Shown: positions 9,794-17,676 of the stretch, piece by piece
Layout: the number at the start of each line of letters is the position of its first letter
Position numbering within the stretch: position 1 is the stretch's first letter
Source of the DNA: Calditrichia bacterium
GTDB lineage: Bacteria > Calditrichota > Calditrichia > RBG-13-44-9
DNA: 20,408 nucleotides
Direction of reading: 5' to 3'
Assembly (NCBI GenBank): GCA_037381445.1
Contig: JARRQT010000101.1
Span: 1-20,408, forward strand
Notes under the pieces: model-generated
The model's database searches: none
Told to the model about the DNA's origin: nothing
What the model saw: the letters and a program-made list of their open reading frames with translations, nothing else
Made by a program: the position numbers and the translations under genes

Positions 9794-10294
9794 TTATTCA
9801 CTTTCCACAAACTTTATGGCCTCCCGCAGGGCCTGCTCGTAGTCCTCGGGGAAGCCGTGTTCCATTCCGGGGATAATTCTATGGATAAAGGGCACTCCCG
9901 TCTGCATGAATATGGCTGCCAGCTGCTTCTGCTTTGGAAGATAGTAATCTGCTTCACCTCCCAACATGTATACCCTGAATGGGCTGCCGGACATCTTTTC
10001 TGCCCTTAAATTTAAGGGAATACCCGGACAAAACAAAATAAGACCGCTCACTGGAATCACCCGGCTGACGGCGATGTGCACAGCCGTGGCGCCGCAGGAA
10101 ATACTCCATGCTGCCCGGTCACTCTCCCCCTTTTTCGATTCGGCCTCCGGGCCGGTGGACTTCAAAACCAAGCTTGTCAGGGATCGAGAATTGATTTCCT
10201 CAGTTATCCTCAGTCCGTATCCGGTGATCAGGTTGATTGAAGCTGCCAATGAAGGAGAGAACTGTGCATACAGCATTTTTTGTATGGTTCTCAA
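9794..10294 (-). pseudogene. C-terminal half of an alpha/beta-hydrolase (esterase-like), probably N-terminally truncated
   Basis: Degenerate nucleophile elbow (SISCGA versus GxSxG), then GLILFCP, YMLGGEAD (acid) and PGMEHGFP (His). The N-terminal ~60 aa do not look like the hydrolase fold. Confidence 0.55.
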
Positions 10295-10613
10295 TATGAT
10301 TTATAATGAGTCAACACGAGTACTGCCTAAAGTTGATTGGAAAAATGATTTTCTATTTAGGTTGCGGCCAAAAACTGGCACAGGGCGCGACATTGCTTAA
10401 TTGTATTATATGCAGTTTTAATTTCGGTGCTTAAACATAGATGATAAATAAACGTCTTTTACAGGGCGTTTCGCGCATTTCTGAATGCCGATCTTCGTAA
10501 ATAACATGATAAGGAACATTTTCTCGCTTCATCAGTTTGCGATACCGGATTTCTTGAAGTGTGTTGTTCAAAATCATTCAACTCTCATCAAGAACTTGCC
10601 TTAGAGGTAACAC

Positions 10614-11330
10614 ATGCCCCATATGTTCAGCAATCGGCTGCGTCTGCATAATCTGACCAAAGATATTAACGATCTGCCAGCCCAGTTTCGCTGGGAGTCG
10701 ATGAACGCCTTTTTATACATAATCGGCGGATTCGTCTTCATTTTCGGCAGCATCATGTTTTTCCCCAATTTCAATAAATACTCGGACATCGGCGCCTGGA
10801 CGTTTTTTGCCGGATCTTTGGCCTATCTTGTGGTGACGGTACATGATATGGTTGAGGTCCGCCGCCACTGGTTAAACCGCAGTCTCCCGGATAACCATGA
10901 ACGGCTGGACTATATCGCCGCCGGCAGCTATGTGGCAGGAACGATCCTCTTTACGGTGGGCAGTATCTTTTTCACTTCGGCGGTGGACTGGTTCATTAGC
11001 GGGGCCTGGTGCTTTATCGCAGGCAGCCTGTTGTTCGTAGCAGGGGCATGTATCAATGTTGTGGAAATCATCCGGTCCCGTTCCCTCATTACGCTTCAGT
11101 TGATGAACTACACGGCAGTGGCATTCGTGGTAGGGGCAGTCCTGTTTACCGTGGCCTCGATTCCCTATCTTCTGAATTTCAAAATTGCTTCCGACCGCAT
11201 TACCCTGTATGCATTTCTCGCCTGGCAATATCTGTTTGGCAGCATACTGTTTTTTCTGGGTGGGGTGTTCAATTACTGGCGGGCATATGTGGTGGTTCAT
11301 GAAGAGATGGGCAGGCGTAATCGTCCCTAA
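10614..11330 (+). CDS. YrhK-domain multi-pass membrane protein
   Basis: Repeated motif 'Y..G...F..GSI.F.......GAW.F.AGSL', three similar hairpin units (about 6 TM). AGAGG RBS before ATG. Confidence 0.8.
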   Translation: MPHMFSNRLRLHNLTKDINDLPAQFRWESMNAFLYIIGGFVFIFGSIMFFPNFNKYSDIGAWTFFAGSLAYLVVTVHDMVEVRRHWLNRSLPDNHERLDYIAAGSYVAGTILFTVGSIFFTSAVDWFISGAWCFIAGSLLFVAGACINVVEIIRSRSLITLQLMNYTAVAFVVGAVLFTVASIPYLLNFKIASDRITLYAFLAWQYLFGSILFFLGGVFNYWRAYVVVHEEMGRRNRP

Positions 11331-11414
11331 GCCAAACGATCCGACAAAGATCCTGTCTCGAATTCCTCTTCACTGCAAGACCTTTTTCGAGGGAGCGCGA
11401 AATGATCACCATCG

Positions 11415-11633
11415 TCATGGAGGGTTAGAGATGCTGTCAATGCCATCATCGAAAGAAAAATACGTCCACTCCGGATAAGTTTTATCGCTGGTCAAAATGA
11501 TCGATCCTTTCTCATATCGAGCTAAGATCAGTTGAAATAATAAATTCGTTTGGCGCCAATCCATGGGCAGATAGTACCGTTCATCAATGACTAGCAGGCG
11601 GCGCTTACAAAAGATCAGTAGCTTACGGCGCAC
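11415..11633 (-). pseudogene. istB: IS21-family IstB ATP-binding helper fragment (degenerate)
   Basis: LLVIDERYYLPMDWRQTNLLFQLILARYEKGSIILTSDK.YPEW matches the IstB Walker B region LLIIDELGYLP....ANLLFQLI..RYE.GSII.TSN..F.EW. No Walker A, no istA and no terminal IRs seen. Confidence 0.8.
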
Positions 11634-11754
11634 CTAGTTACCCTTGGCCGTCTTAGACCTAAGTTGTGTGCCATTTGCAATTGGCGGTTACCCCGGCAGG
11701 CCATTCACCCTATTGAGCACTTTCCTGAAATTTATAAAATGCCAGCATTCTATA

Positions 11755-11783
11755 TTGACTATTAATTATCGAATAAATATATT
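11755..11783 (+). promoter_or_regulatory. Candidate sigma70 promoter (Pc-like) facing the cassette array
   Basis: TTGACT (11755-11760), 17-bp spacer, TATATT (11778-11783). 5/6 match at both boxes, about 270 bp upstream of the attI-like crossover. The region is AT-rich, so a chance match is possible. Confidence 0.5.
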
Positions 11784-12039
11784 GTTAACATCGGATAGGC
11801 TATCTGCGAGGGTTCCGGGAAATAAGTTCATTCAATTCTGCCACTAAATCCGATTTAAGTTTTACCGCTTTATTATAGATTGGTAAAACAGCTGTTCTTT
11901 TATGGGATATCTATTTTCCAGCAGTTTTCTGGATAATCTCCCGGAGAAAATTGATATAAGAAAAAGATGGGATCTGTATCCACCTATTAAGAAAAACAAA
12001 ATGCTTGCATTCAAAAGCACTTGAAATTAGGCAGTTGCA

Positions 12040-12058
12040 GCTAATATATATGTTAGCC
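12040..12058 (+). other. attI-like integron simple site, or secondary integration site; crossover G|TTAGCC at 12052/12053
   Basis: GCTAATATATATG|TTAGCC: a GTTRRRY core preceded by a degenerate inverted box (GCTAAT), with no upstream attC hairpin. The core is complementary at 6/7 positions to R'' of the following attC (TGCTAAC). Confidence 0.6.
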
Positions 12059-12077
12059 TATAAATAAAGAATTTATA

Positions 12078-12623
12078 TTGAAAAAATATTGTACGGTACA
12101 TAAAGATAGAGAAGCCTTAAATTTTTGCCATTCCTGCAAAAAATATTATTGCGACGAATGTCTTACTGAAGGTAAGGAATATTATTTTTGTAATGAGCCA
12201 TCATGCCAGAATCAATTTATGCAACCAGAAAATGGTATAAAAATAGGAAACGAGCAAACCCGCAAATATATCATCAGGAGAGGTATAGGCTATTTTATTG
12301 ATGTATTATTCTTTTTATTATTGATGGAAGTTCTATTTCCGGCTGTTCCGGAAAGTGGACTACAAATATACTTTCAAAATTTCATATTCATGATAATATG
12401 GTTTGGATATTTTATTTTATTAGAATATTATTTTCAGAAAACACCTGGTAAATATATTATGAAGCTTCAGGTGGCGGATGAAAATGGCGCTCTTCCCTCT
12501 TTTATCCAGATTATGAAAAGAAATGTTGCCAAGCTGATACCTTTGGAATATGTTTCATATAAAGACCAAACATGGTGGCATGACAGATGGTCGGGCACAG
12601 TAGCATTAAATGATTCTAAATAA
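12078..12623 (+). CDS. RDD-family membrane protein with N-terminal B-box-like zinc finger (cassette 1)
   Basis: CxxH...CxxC...CxxC...CxxxxC N-terminus. RDD motifs RRGIGYFID, QKTPGKYIMKLQV, IMKRN, WWHDRWSGT. TTG start. Confidence 0.85.
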   Translation: MKKYCTVHKDREALNFCHSCKKYYCDECLTEGKEYYFCNEPSCQNQFMQPENGIKIGNEQTRKYIIRRGIGYFIDVLFFLLLMEVLFPAVPESGLQIYFQNFIFMIIWFGYFILLEYYFQKTPGKYIMKLQVADENGALPSFIQIMKRNVAKLIPLEYVSYKDQTWWHDRWSGTVALNDSK

Positions 12624-12636
12624 ACAATGAGGAAAC

Positions 12637-12760
12637 TGCTAACCATGGTTTGCAGCCGACCGCGAGCAGCGCAGCAGCTTGGGGATGTTGAGTGGTTCAA
12701 ATGAAAATTAGCCGGTAATCGGCGGTTCACTGAGGCGGCGGCTGAAACCGGGCGTTAGCT
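12637..12760 (+). other. attC site 1 (124 bp)
   Basis: R'' TGCTAAC (12637-12643) and R' GTTAGCT (12754-12760). Left arm GGTTT(G)CAGCCG(A)CCGC pairs with right arm GCGGCGGCTGAAACC, leaving the two typical extrahelical bases. Confidence 0.92.
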
Positions 12761-12773
12761 GTCACCTGAATTC

Positions 12774-13298
12774 GTGAAAAAATTTAGAATGGGACCAGAT
12801 TTAAACATATACGGACTGACAAACCGTCGAGATCTCAAAACCATAAATCAATGCTTGGATACTTATGTAGATCGGGAGCAAAGTGAATTACGCGATGATG
12901 AAGAGCTAATGATGTTAAAAGTGAACTCCGAAGAAGCTCCTGAAGATGATGAATATGATTGGGAGCCAGCAATAACATTGACTCATTCAATACAACGAGG
13001 ATTGGACCATCCAAAAAGATGCTCCTCCCTATATATCAAATCGAAACTGCCAGAAATATCTGGTGCTATTTTGCGTTTTACTATTGATGATAAATTGGTG
13101 ATTGGTTTCAGTGTTGATGATTCTGAAGATAAGGAAGAGACTTTGGAATTCGCAAAAGCGCTTCTTCGGAAAATAATTCATGTGTTCGATTGTTCACCTG
13201 GTTTTATTATGTTTGAAGAACCACCACCTGATGATGAGCAGAATTTTAAGATGAAGATTTCAAGCGAATATAGTCTTTATTCATTGGGCGCCAGCTAA
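12774..13298 (+). CDS. Hypothetical acidic protein (cassette 2)
   Basis: 174-aa ORF (GTG at 12774, alternative ATG at 12789) filling the space between two attC sites. Its TAA stop lies inside R'' of attC2. Confidence 0.8.
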   Translation: MKKFRMGPDLNIYGLTNRRDLKTINQCLDTYVDREQSELRDDEELMMLKVNSEEAPEDDEYDWEPAITLTHSIQRGLDHPKRCSSLYIKSKLPEISGAILRFTIDDKLVIGFSVDDSEDKEETLEFAKALLRKIIHVFDCSPGFIMFEEPPPDDEQNFKMKISSEYSLYSLGAS

Positions 13299-13388
13299 CC
13301 ATGCAAGGAAGCGGACGTTTGCCTAAGGTGCGTGATCTTGGGTTTCTTAAAATACAACCCCGCCGCCGCTTATTGCCAGCCGTTATAT
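13293..13388 (+). other. attC site 2 (96 bp)
   Basis: R'' AGCTAAC (13293-13299) and R' GTTATAT (13382-13388). Left arm GCAAGGAAGCGG(A)CG versus right arm CGCCGCTTATTGC (one mismatch plus bulges). Internal GGGTT/AACCC stem. CAGCTAAC is the exact reverse complement of GTTAGCTG at the start of this cassette (12754-12761). Confidence 0.88.
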
Positions 13389-13463
13389 GTTTAGAGATTT
13401 TTTCCTTAACAGTTATCTGTCTGAATAAAACGGAAATTTTTATATTAAACCGGAGGTTATATT

Positions 13464-15800
13464 ATGAAAACAGCATTCAGAATGAATGCAATTATGGTAA
13501 TCGCAGGCCTGGTAGTGACAGGCCTGTTGAGTGCCGCACTTGCGGGAAGGACTCCCGGAAACAACACTGCTGCGAATGGTGAAAAAGCTCCGCTGGTGCA
13601 ACAGAATATTAACTTTACGGAGTATGTCGGCGACGTACCGAATCCTGACAGAGGTTTTTACAATCCGCGCGCCGGCGGCGTTGTTCCGATTTCCGGCGGA
13701 ACCCAGGGAGGCGGATCAACCGCCGGACTGACCCGTATTTCGGGCACCAATACCTACGCAGAGGTTCGCATCAGCTACGCGTCTTTCAACCTGAGAAACT
13801 TTTCGGGGCATTCCCGGGTCGAGGGTGTAACAGAAAACGCGCCCATTTCAGCCGACGGGCTTGCTTATTACAGAAGAACACTGGATTCGATAAGAGTTCG
13901 GGATGGTGTTGTCCTCATGCACCATAGTTATGATAATAAGGCATGGGATGAACATAAGGACGAACTCGCATTCAGTCCCGAACCATACGGCCAATGCACC
14001 GTACACGGTTTTGAAAACCTGAATTGGGTACAGTACCATATAAAGCAGCTGGAACCCATTTGGCGTGAAAACGAGGACATCATATTTGCGTTTAAAGGCG
14101 GCTTCTTCGGGCCGTGGGGCGAAATGCACTCATCAAAGTATGGCACCAGCCCGGCGGCCTACGCCTGGCTTATGCAGGCCTTGCTGGACGCCGTTCCCGC
14201 TTCGCGCAAGATTGCCGTGCAGGGAGGCGCATACATATCGTGGTATAACGCCGCGCATGGTACTATTTTTACCTTTGCCAATATGAACTTTTTACCGGTA
14301 CCCCAGCGGGACACTCCGGAGTCGCGTTTCGGTTTTTTGAATGACAGTTACGCAAACGGTTTGTCACACATGAACGGCTTGTACAGTGATATGGACTCTT
14401 TTTCCGAAGGGGCTCAAATACTCGGAACCAAATACGATTTCGATCGCGACAACGTTCTAAACTGGATCGGCAGCCTGAACGGTCCGGTTGGCGGTGAAAC
14501 GAATGAGATGAGCTCCCGCCCCTATGACTCTCCGCCTTCCATTTTTTATGAAGCCTCCATTATGGGAACAAATTACCTGAATGCGACCTGGTACGGCGTT
14601 AATTACAAACGCTGGGAGGATTTCAAGTATACTGAAGCAAATGTCACTGCGCCGATTTTTTACCCGCACAACGGAAGAACCGTTCGTGTAATCTTTGATC
14701 CGGTGTACAAAGACAGAAACGGACTGGAATATATGCGCGACAGGCTGGGCTACCGGCTGGTGCTGCGTGAGGCGAATGCGAGTGAATGGGTAAAGCTGAA
14801 TGGTACCCTGAGGTTCGAAGGGAAGATCCAAAATGTCGGTTTTGGTAATATTTTTAACAGGAAGAATGTATACGTATTACTGGAAAATACATCGACCGGC
14901 GAGGTTTACAGGGCGCTGACAAAACTTGATGCAAGGGATTGGCTGAAGGACCAGCATATTCCTATGAACAACAGGCCCGACAATACGGGTTCCTACCGCG
15001 ATTTAAATTTCTCGGTCAATTTGGGCGAGTTTACCAAAGCTGTGCCGCCGGGTAATTACAGCATTTACCTGAAGATTAGTGATCCTAAAGCGAAACAGGA
15101 CAACCTACGTAATGTCCGGTTTGCGAACAACCCCAGTTCCGATGGCCCAATGTGGAATGCAGCGCTTGGCGCCAACAGGATTGGTGCGACAACCGTCAAG
15201 GCGGAGGGCGGCGGCTTTGTTGCGCAATACAAAGTCGGCGATACCGGCCCCGGCGGCGGCAGAATCGTTTACGTAAATCCTTTTGGCTTTGACATCCTCA
15301 CCGATCCGCAGAACCCGACCCCGGCACGGGTTGCCCACTACATTGAAGTCGGCCCCGAAGATATTGCAGGCGGCAAACCGGTTACCTGGGCTTCAAGAGA
15401 TGGCATCTTTGAGGTGAGGCATGGCATCGCTACCTATCCCCAGTTCGGTGCGGGCCTATATAACACCGGCTTTATCCTTCGAACGACTGATCCCGTTGTT
15501 AATCCGGGCGATCCGAATGCACCGGCGGCAAAGGCATGCGATGAATACGTTAAAAACGGCTTGAGCGACTGGTACCTCCCGACCCAGGACGAACTTATGG
15601 CGATTCGAACCTATGTATTAAATAATCCCGCCGATCCGGTTACGAAAAATATGCGCGGGAAAATATACTGGTCATCCACAGATACGATCAGAGCGTGGCC
15701 GGTTTGTATCGACATTGATGCGGATGCTGCCTGGCGAAATACCGGCAATAAATTTGATGCTGCCCATAAATATTATGTTCGGCCGGTTCGGGCTTTTTAA
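13464..15800 (+). CDS. Secreted DUF4874/DUF4832 putative glycoside hydrolase with C-terminal DUF1566(Lcl)-like domain
   Basis: GGAGG RBS and signal peptide. NPDRGFY, GFFGPWGEMH, FGFLNDS, GGET and RLGYRLVL motifs. Tail YKVGDTGPGGG...GLSDWYLPTQDEL...YWSST...YVRPVRAF. Confidence 0.85.
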   Translation: MKTAFRMNAIMVIAGLVVTGLLSAALAGRTPGNNTAANGEKAPLVQQNINFTEYVGDVPNPDRGFYNPRAGGVVPISGGTQGGGSTAGLTRISGTNTYAEVRISYASFNLRNFSGHSRVEGVTENAPISADGLAYYRRTLDSIRVRDGVVLMHHSYDNKAWDEHKDELAFSPEPYGQCTVHGFENLNWVQYHIKQLEPIWRENEDIIFAFKGGFFGPWGEMHSSKYGTSPAAYAWLMQALLDAVPASRKIAVQGGAYISWYNAAHGTIFTFANMNFLPVPQRDTPESRFGFLNDSYANGLSHMNGLYSDMDSFSEGAQILGTKYDFDRDNVLNWIGSLNGPVGGETNEMSSRPYDSPPSIFYEASIMGTNYLNATWYGVNYKRWEDFKYTEANVTAPIFYPHNGRTVRVIFDPVYKDRNGLEYMRDRLGYRLVLREANASEWVKLNGTLRFEGKIQNVGFGNIFNRKNVYVLLENTSTGEVYRALTKLDARDWLKDQHIPMNNRPDNTGSYRDLNFSVNLGEFTKAVPPGNYSIYLKISDPKAKQDNLRNVRFANNPSSDGPMWNAALGANRIGATTVKAEGGGFVAQYKVGDTGPGGGRIVYVNPFGFDILTDPQNPTPARVAHYIEVGPEDIAGGKPVTWASRDGIFEVRHGIATYPQFGAGLYNTGFILRTTDPVVNPGDPNAPAAKACDEYVKNGLSDWYLPTQDELMAIRTYVLNNPADPVTKNMRGKIYWSSTDTIRAWPVCIDIDADAAWRNTGNKFDAAHKYYVRPVRAF

Positions 15801-15858
15801 TTTCAAAACCCCGAAAGATGATTGAATTTGAAGCGGATATTAAGTGAGAGGAAAGATT

Positions 15859-17625
15859 ATGAACAAAGTATTTAGAGCGAATGGAATCCTTTTAATCGTT
15901 GGCCTGGTGTTGACTGGCTTGTTGAATGTCGCATGTGCGGGTGATGGCAAAGAAGCGCCGCTTGTGTTACAGGCGCTGGACTACACGGAGAATCCGGTTG
16001 ACATTCCGAATCCGGACAGAGGCTTTTACAGGCCCCAGGAATATGTAGTTCCGGTGGACGAGGGTGAAACTCCCAGCCTTCCTGACCTGGGAGCTGTTAT
16101 TAGCGGCACCACGGTCTTTGTTAATGCCCGCATCATTTATATGTCATTTGACCTGAGGAACTTTTCGTCGAATGCCCCCCTCAATGGAATGCCCCTGGGA
16201 CCCTGGAGTGCCGATGGTGACCGTCCGCCGGATTACGGAACAACCCAGCCCCTAACACCCGCGGCGCTTGCTTATATAAGGGCGGCGCTTCAAAAAGTAA
16301 GAGACAGCCAGGCTGTTGCCATTGTGAAATTCAGTTATGACGGACGTGGCTTTACTTATAATAATCGTGGCGGATATAACAAATTCATTCATGATTGCGA
16401 ACCAGGGGCGCCGCAAGGCCGGGTCTGGTATGAAACCGGAGTGGTTAATAAATCTGATTTATGCGGTATTCCTGGTCATGAAGACCAAAACTGGGTGCAA
16501 TATCATCTCTGGCAGCTCAGGGATATTTTCACCGAATACGAAGACTGCATAATGGTTGTTAAAGCGGGTATCTTTGGCCCATGGGGCGAAATGCACTCGT
16601 CATCCTATGCCAGAACCGCGGAAGGTTATCATTGGCTTTTGAAAGCGCTGCTGGGCTATGTTCCCGCTTCGCGTTCAATTTTAGTACATGCAGGCGGAGT
16701 AATGGCGTGGTATAACGTTGAGTATGGCACCCATTATGGCTTTACGAATTTAATGCCGGCCCCGGCACGCGGAACACCGGCGCAGCGTTTCGGCATGTTA
16801 AACGACAGTTATTCGGCGGGCGGCAACGACTATAGTGACAATGGTTCGCTTTCGGAAGGGTTTAGATTAATCGGAGGTGATTACGATCGTAACGGTGCTT
16901 TAACCTGGATGAGAAATCAAAATAACTTCTATGGCGGCGAATCCGTTGGACCCGGTTCCGACGATAATATCTATCCCAGATTTCCGAATGTTCTATATGA
17001 AGCGGCGTATGCCCAAACGACTCATTTGAATACAAATTGGAACCGGCGCACTTATAAACTTTGGGGCGATTTTGTTTATAATGAAAAAAATGTCACTGCA
17101 CCGTTTACGCCGCCGCACGATGGTGTGACCCGAACGGTAATCTTTGACCCGGTCTATAACGGCAGAAACGGAATGGAATATATGCGTGACAGACTGGGCT
17201 ACCGGCTGGTGCTGCACGAGGCCAGGGTAAGCAAATGGGTAAAGCAGAACGGCACCCTAAAGTTCGAAGGCAAGATCCAGAACGTCGGCTTTGGTTATGT
17301 CGTCAACAAGAAAAATGTGTCGGTCATTCTGAAAGCCAAAGATGGCTGTAACGCGTACACCTTGCTTACAAAGCTTGACGCAAGGGATTGGCGGCCTGAT
17401 ATGGACAGCAGGGCAGACAATACGGCTGCATGGCGCGATTTGAACTTCTCAATTGATATGAGCGCATTGGGCAAGGTGCCGCCCGGTGACTATGAGATTT
17501 ATCTGAAGATCAATGATCCCAAAGAAACCAGCACCAACAGGCGCTGCATACGGTTTGCGAATCACGATATCTGGAATACTTCTCTTGGTGCAAACTTAAT
17601 TGGCTCGACGACTGTCAACCCTTAG
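15859..17625 (+). CDS. Secreted DUF4874/DUF4832 putative glycoside hydrolase (paralogue 2)
   Basis: GAGAGG RBS before ATG 15859 (MNKVFR). NPDRGFY, GIFGPWGEMH, FGMLNDS, GGES, RLGYRLVL. Confidence 0.87.
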   Translation: MNKVFRANGILLIVGLVLTGLLNVACAGDGKEAPLVLQALDYTENPVDIPNPDRGFYRPQEYVVPVDEGETPSLPDLGAVISGTTVFVNARIIYMSFDLRNFSSNAPLNGMPLGPWSADGDRPPDYGTTQPLTPAALAYIRAALQKVRDSQAVAIVKFSYDGRGFTYNNRGGYNKFIHDCEPGAPQGRVWYETGVVNKSDLCGIPGHEDQNWVQYHLWQLRDIFTEYEDCIMVVKAGIFGPWGEMHSSSYARTAEGYHWLLKALLGYVPASRSILVHAGGVMAWYNVEYGTHYGFTNLMPAPARGTPAQRFGMLNDSYSAGGNDYSDNGSLSEGFRLIGGDYDRNGALTWMRNQNNFYGGESVGPGSDDNIYPRFPNVLYEAAYAQTTHLNTNWNRRTYKLWGDFVYNEKNVTAPFTPPHDGVTRTVIFDPVYNGRNGMEYMRDRLGYRLVLHEARVSKWVKQNGTLKFEGKIQNVGFGYVVNKKNVSVILKAKDGCNAYTLLTKLDARDWRPDMDSRADNTAAWRDLNFSIDMSALGKVPPGDYEIYLKINDPKETSTNRRCIRFANHDIWNTSLGANLIGSTTVNP

Positions 17626-17676
17626 ATGTACATTTGCAAGTATATACATTTATTTTGTTATGCTGGAGGTTAAAGT

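Larger units (their letters stand above)
12053..13388 (+). mobile_element. Integron gene-cassette array lacking an adjacent integrase (CALIN-like): cassette 1 about 12053-12754, cassette 2 about 12755-13382
   Basis: Two single-ORF, AT-rich units with very short leaders, each starting at a GTTRRRY core and ending in an attC site. No tyrosine recombinase ORF in the window. Confidence 0.85.

Noticed and set aside
11640..12040. Integron integrase remnant on the minus strand
   Set aside because: The frames I translated are short, with no recognisable IntI or tyrosine-recombinase motifs.
12467..12730. 87-aa minus-strand ORF
   Set aside because: Antisense to the RDD gene and spans attC1.
13301..13582. 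93-aa ORF on the + strand
   Set aside because: Runs through attC2 and overlaps the DUF4832 gene out of frame. Likely spurious.
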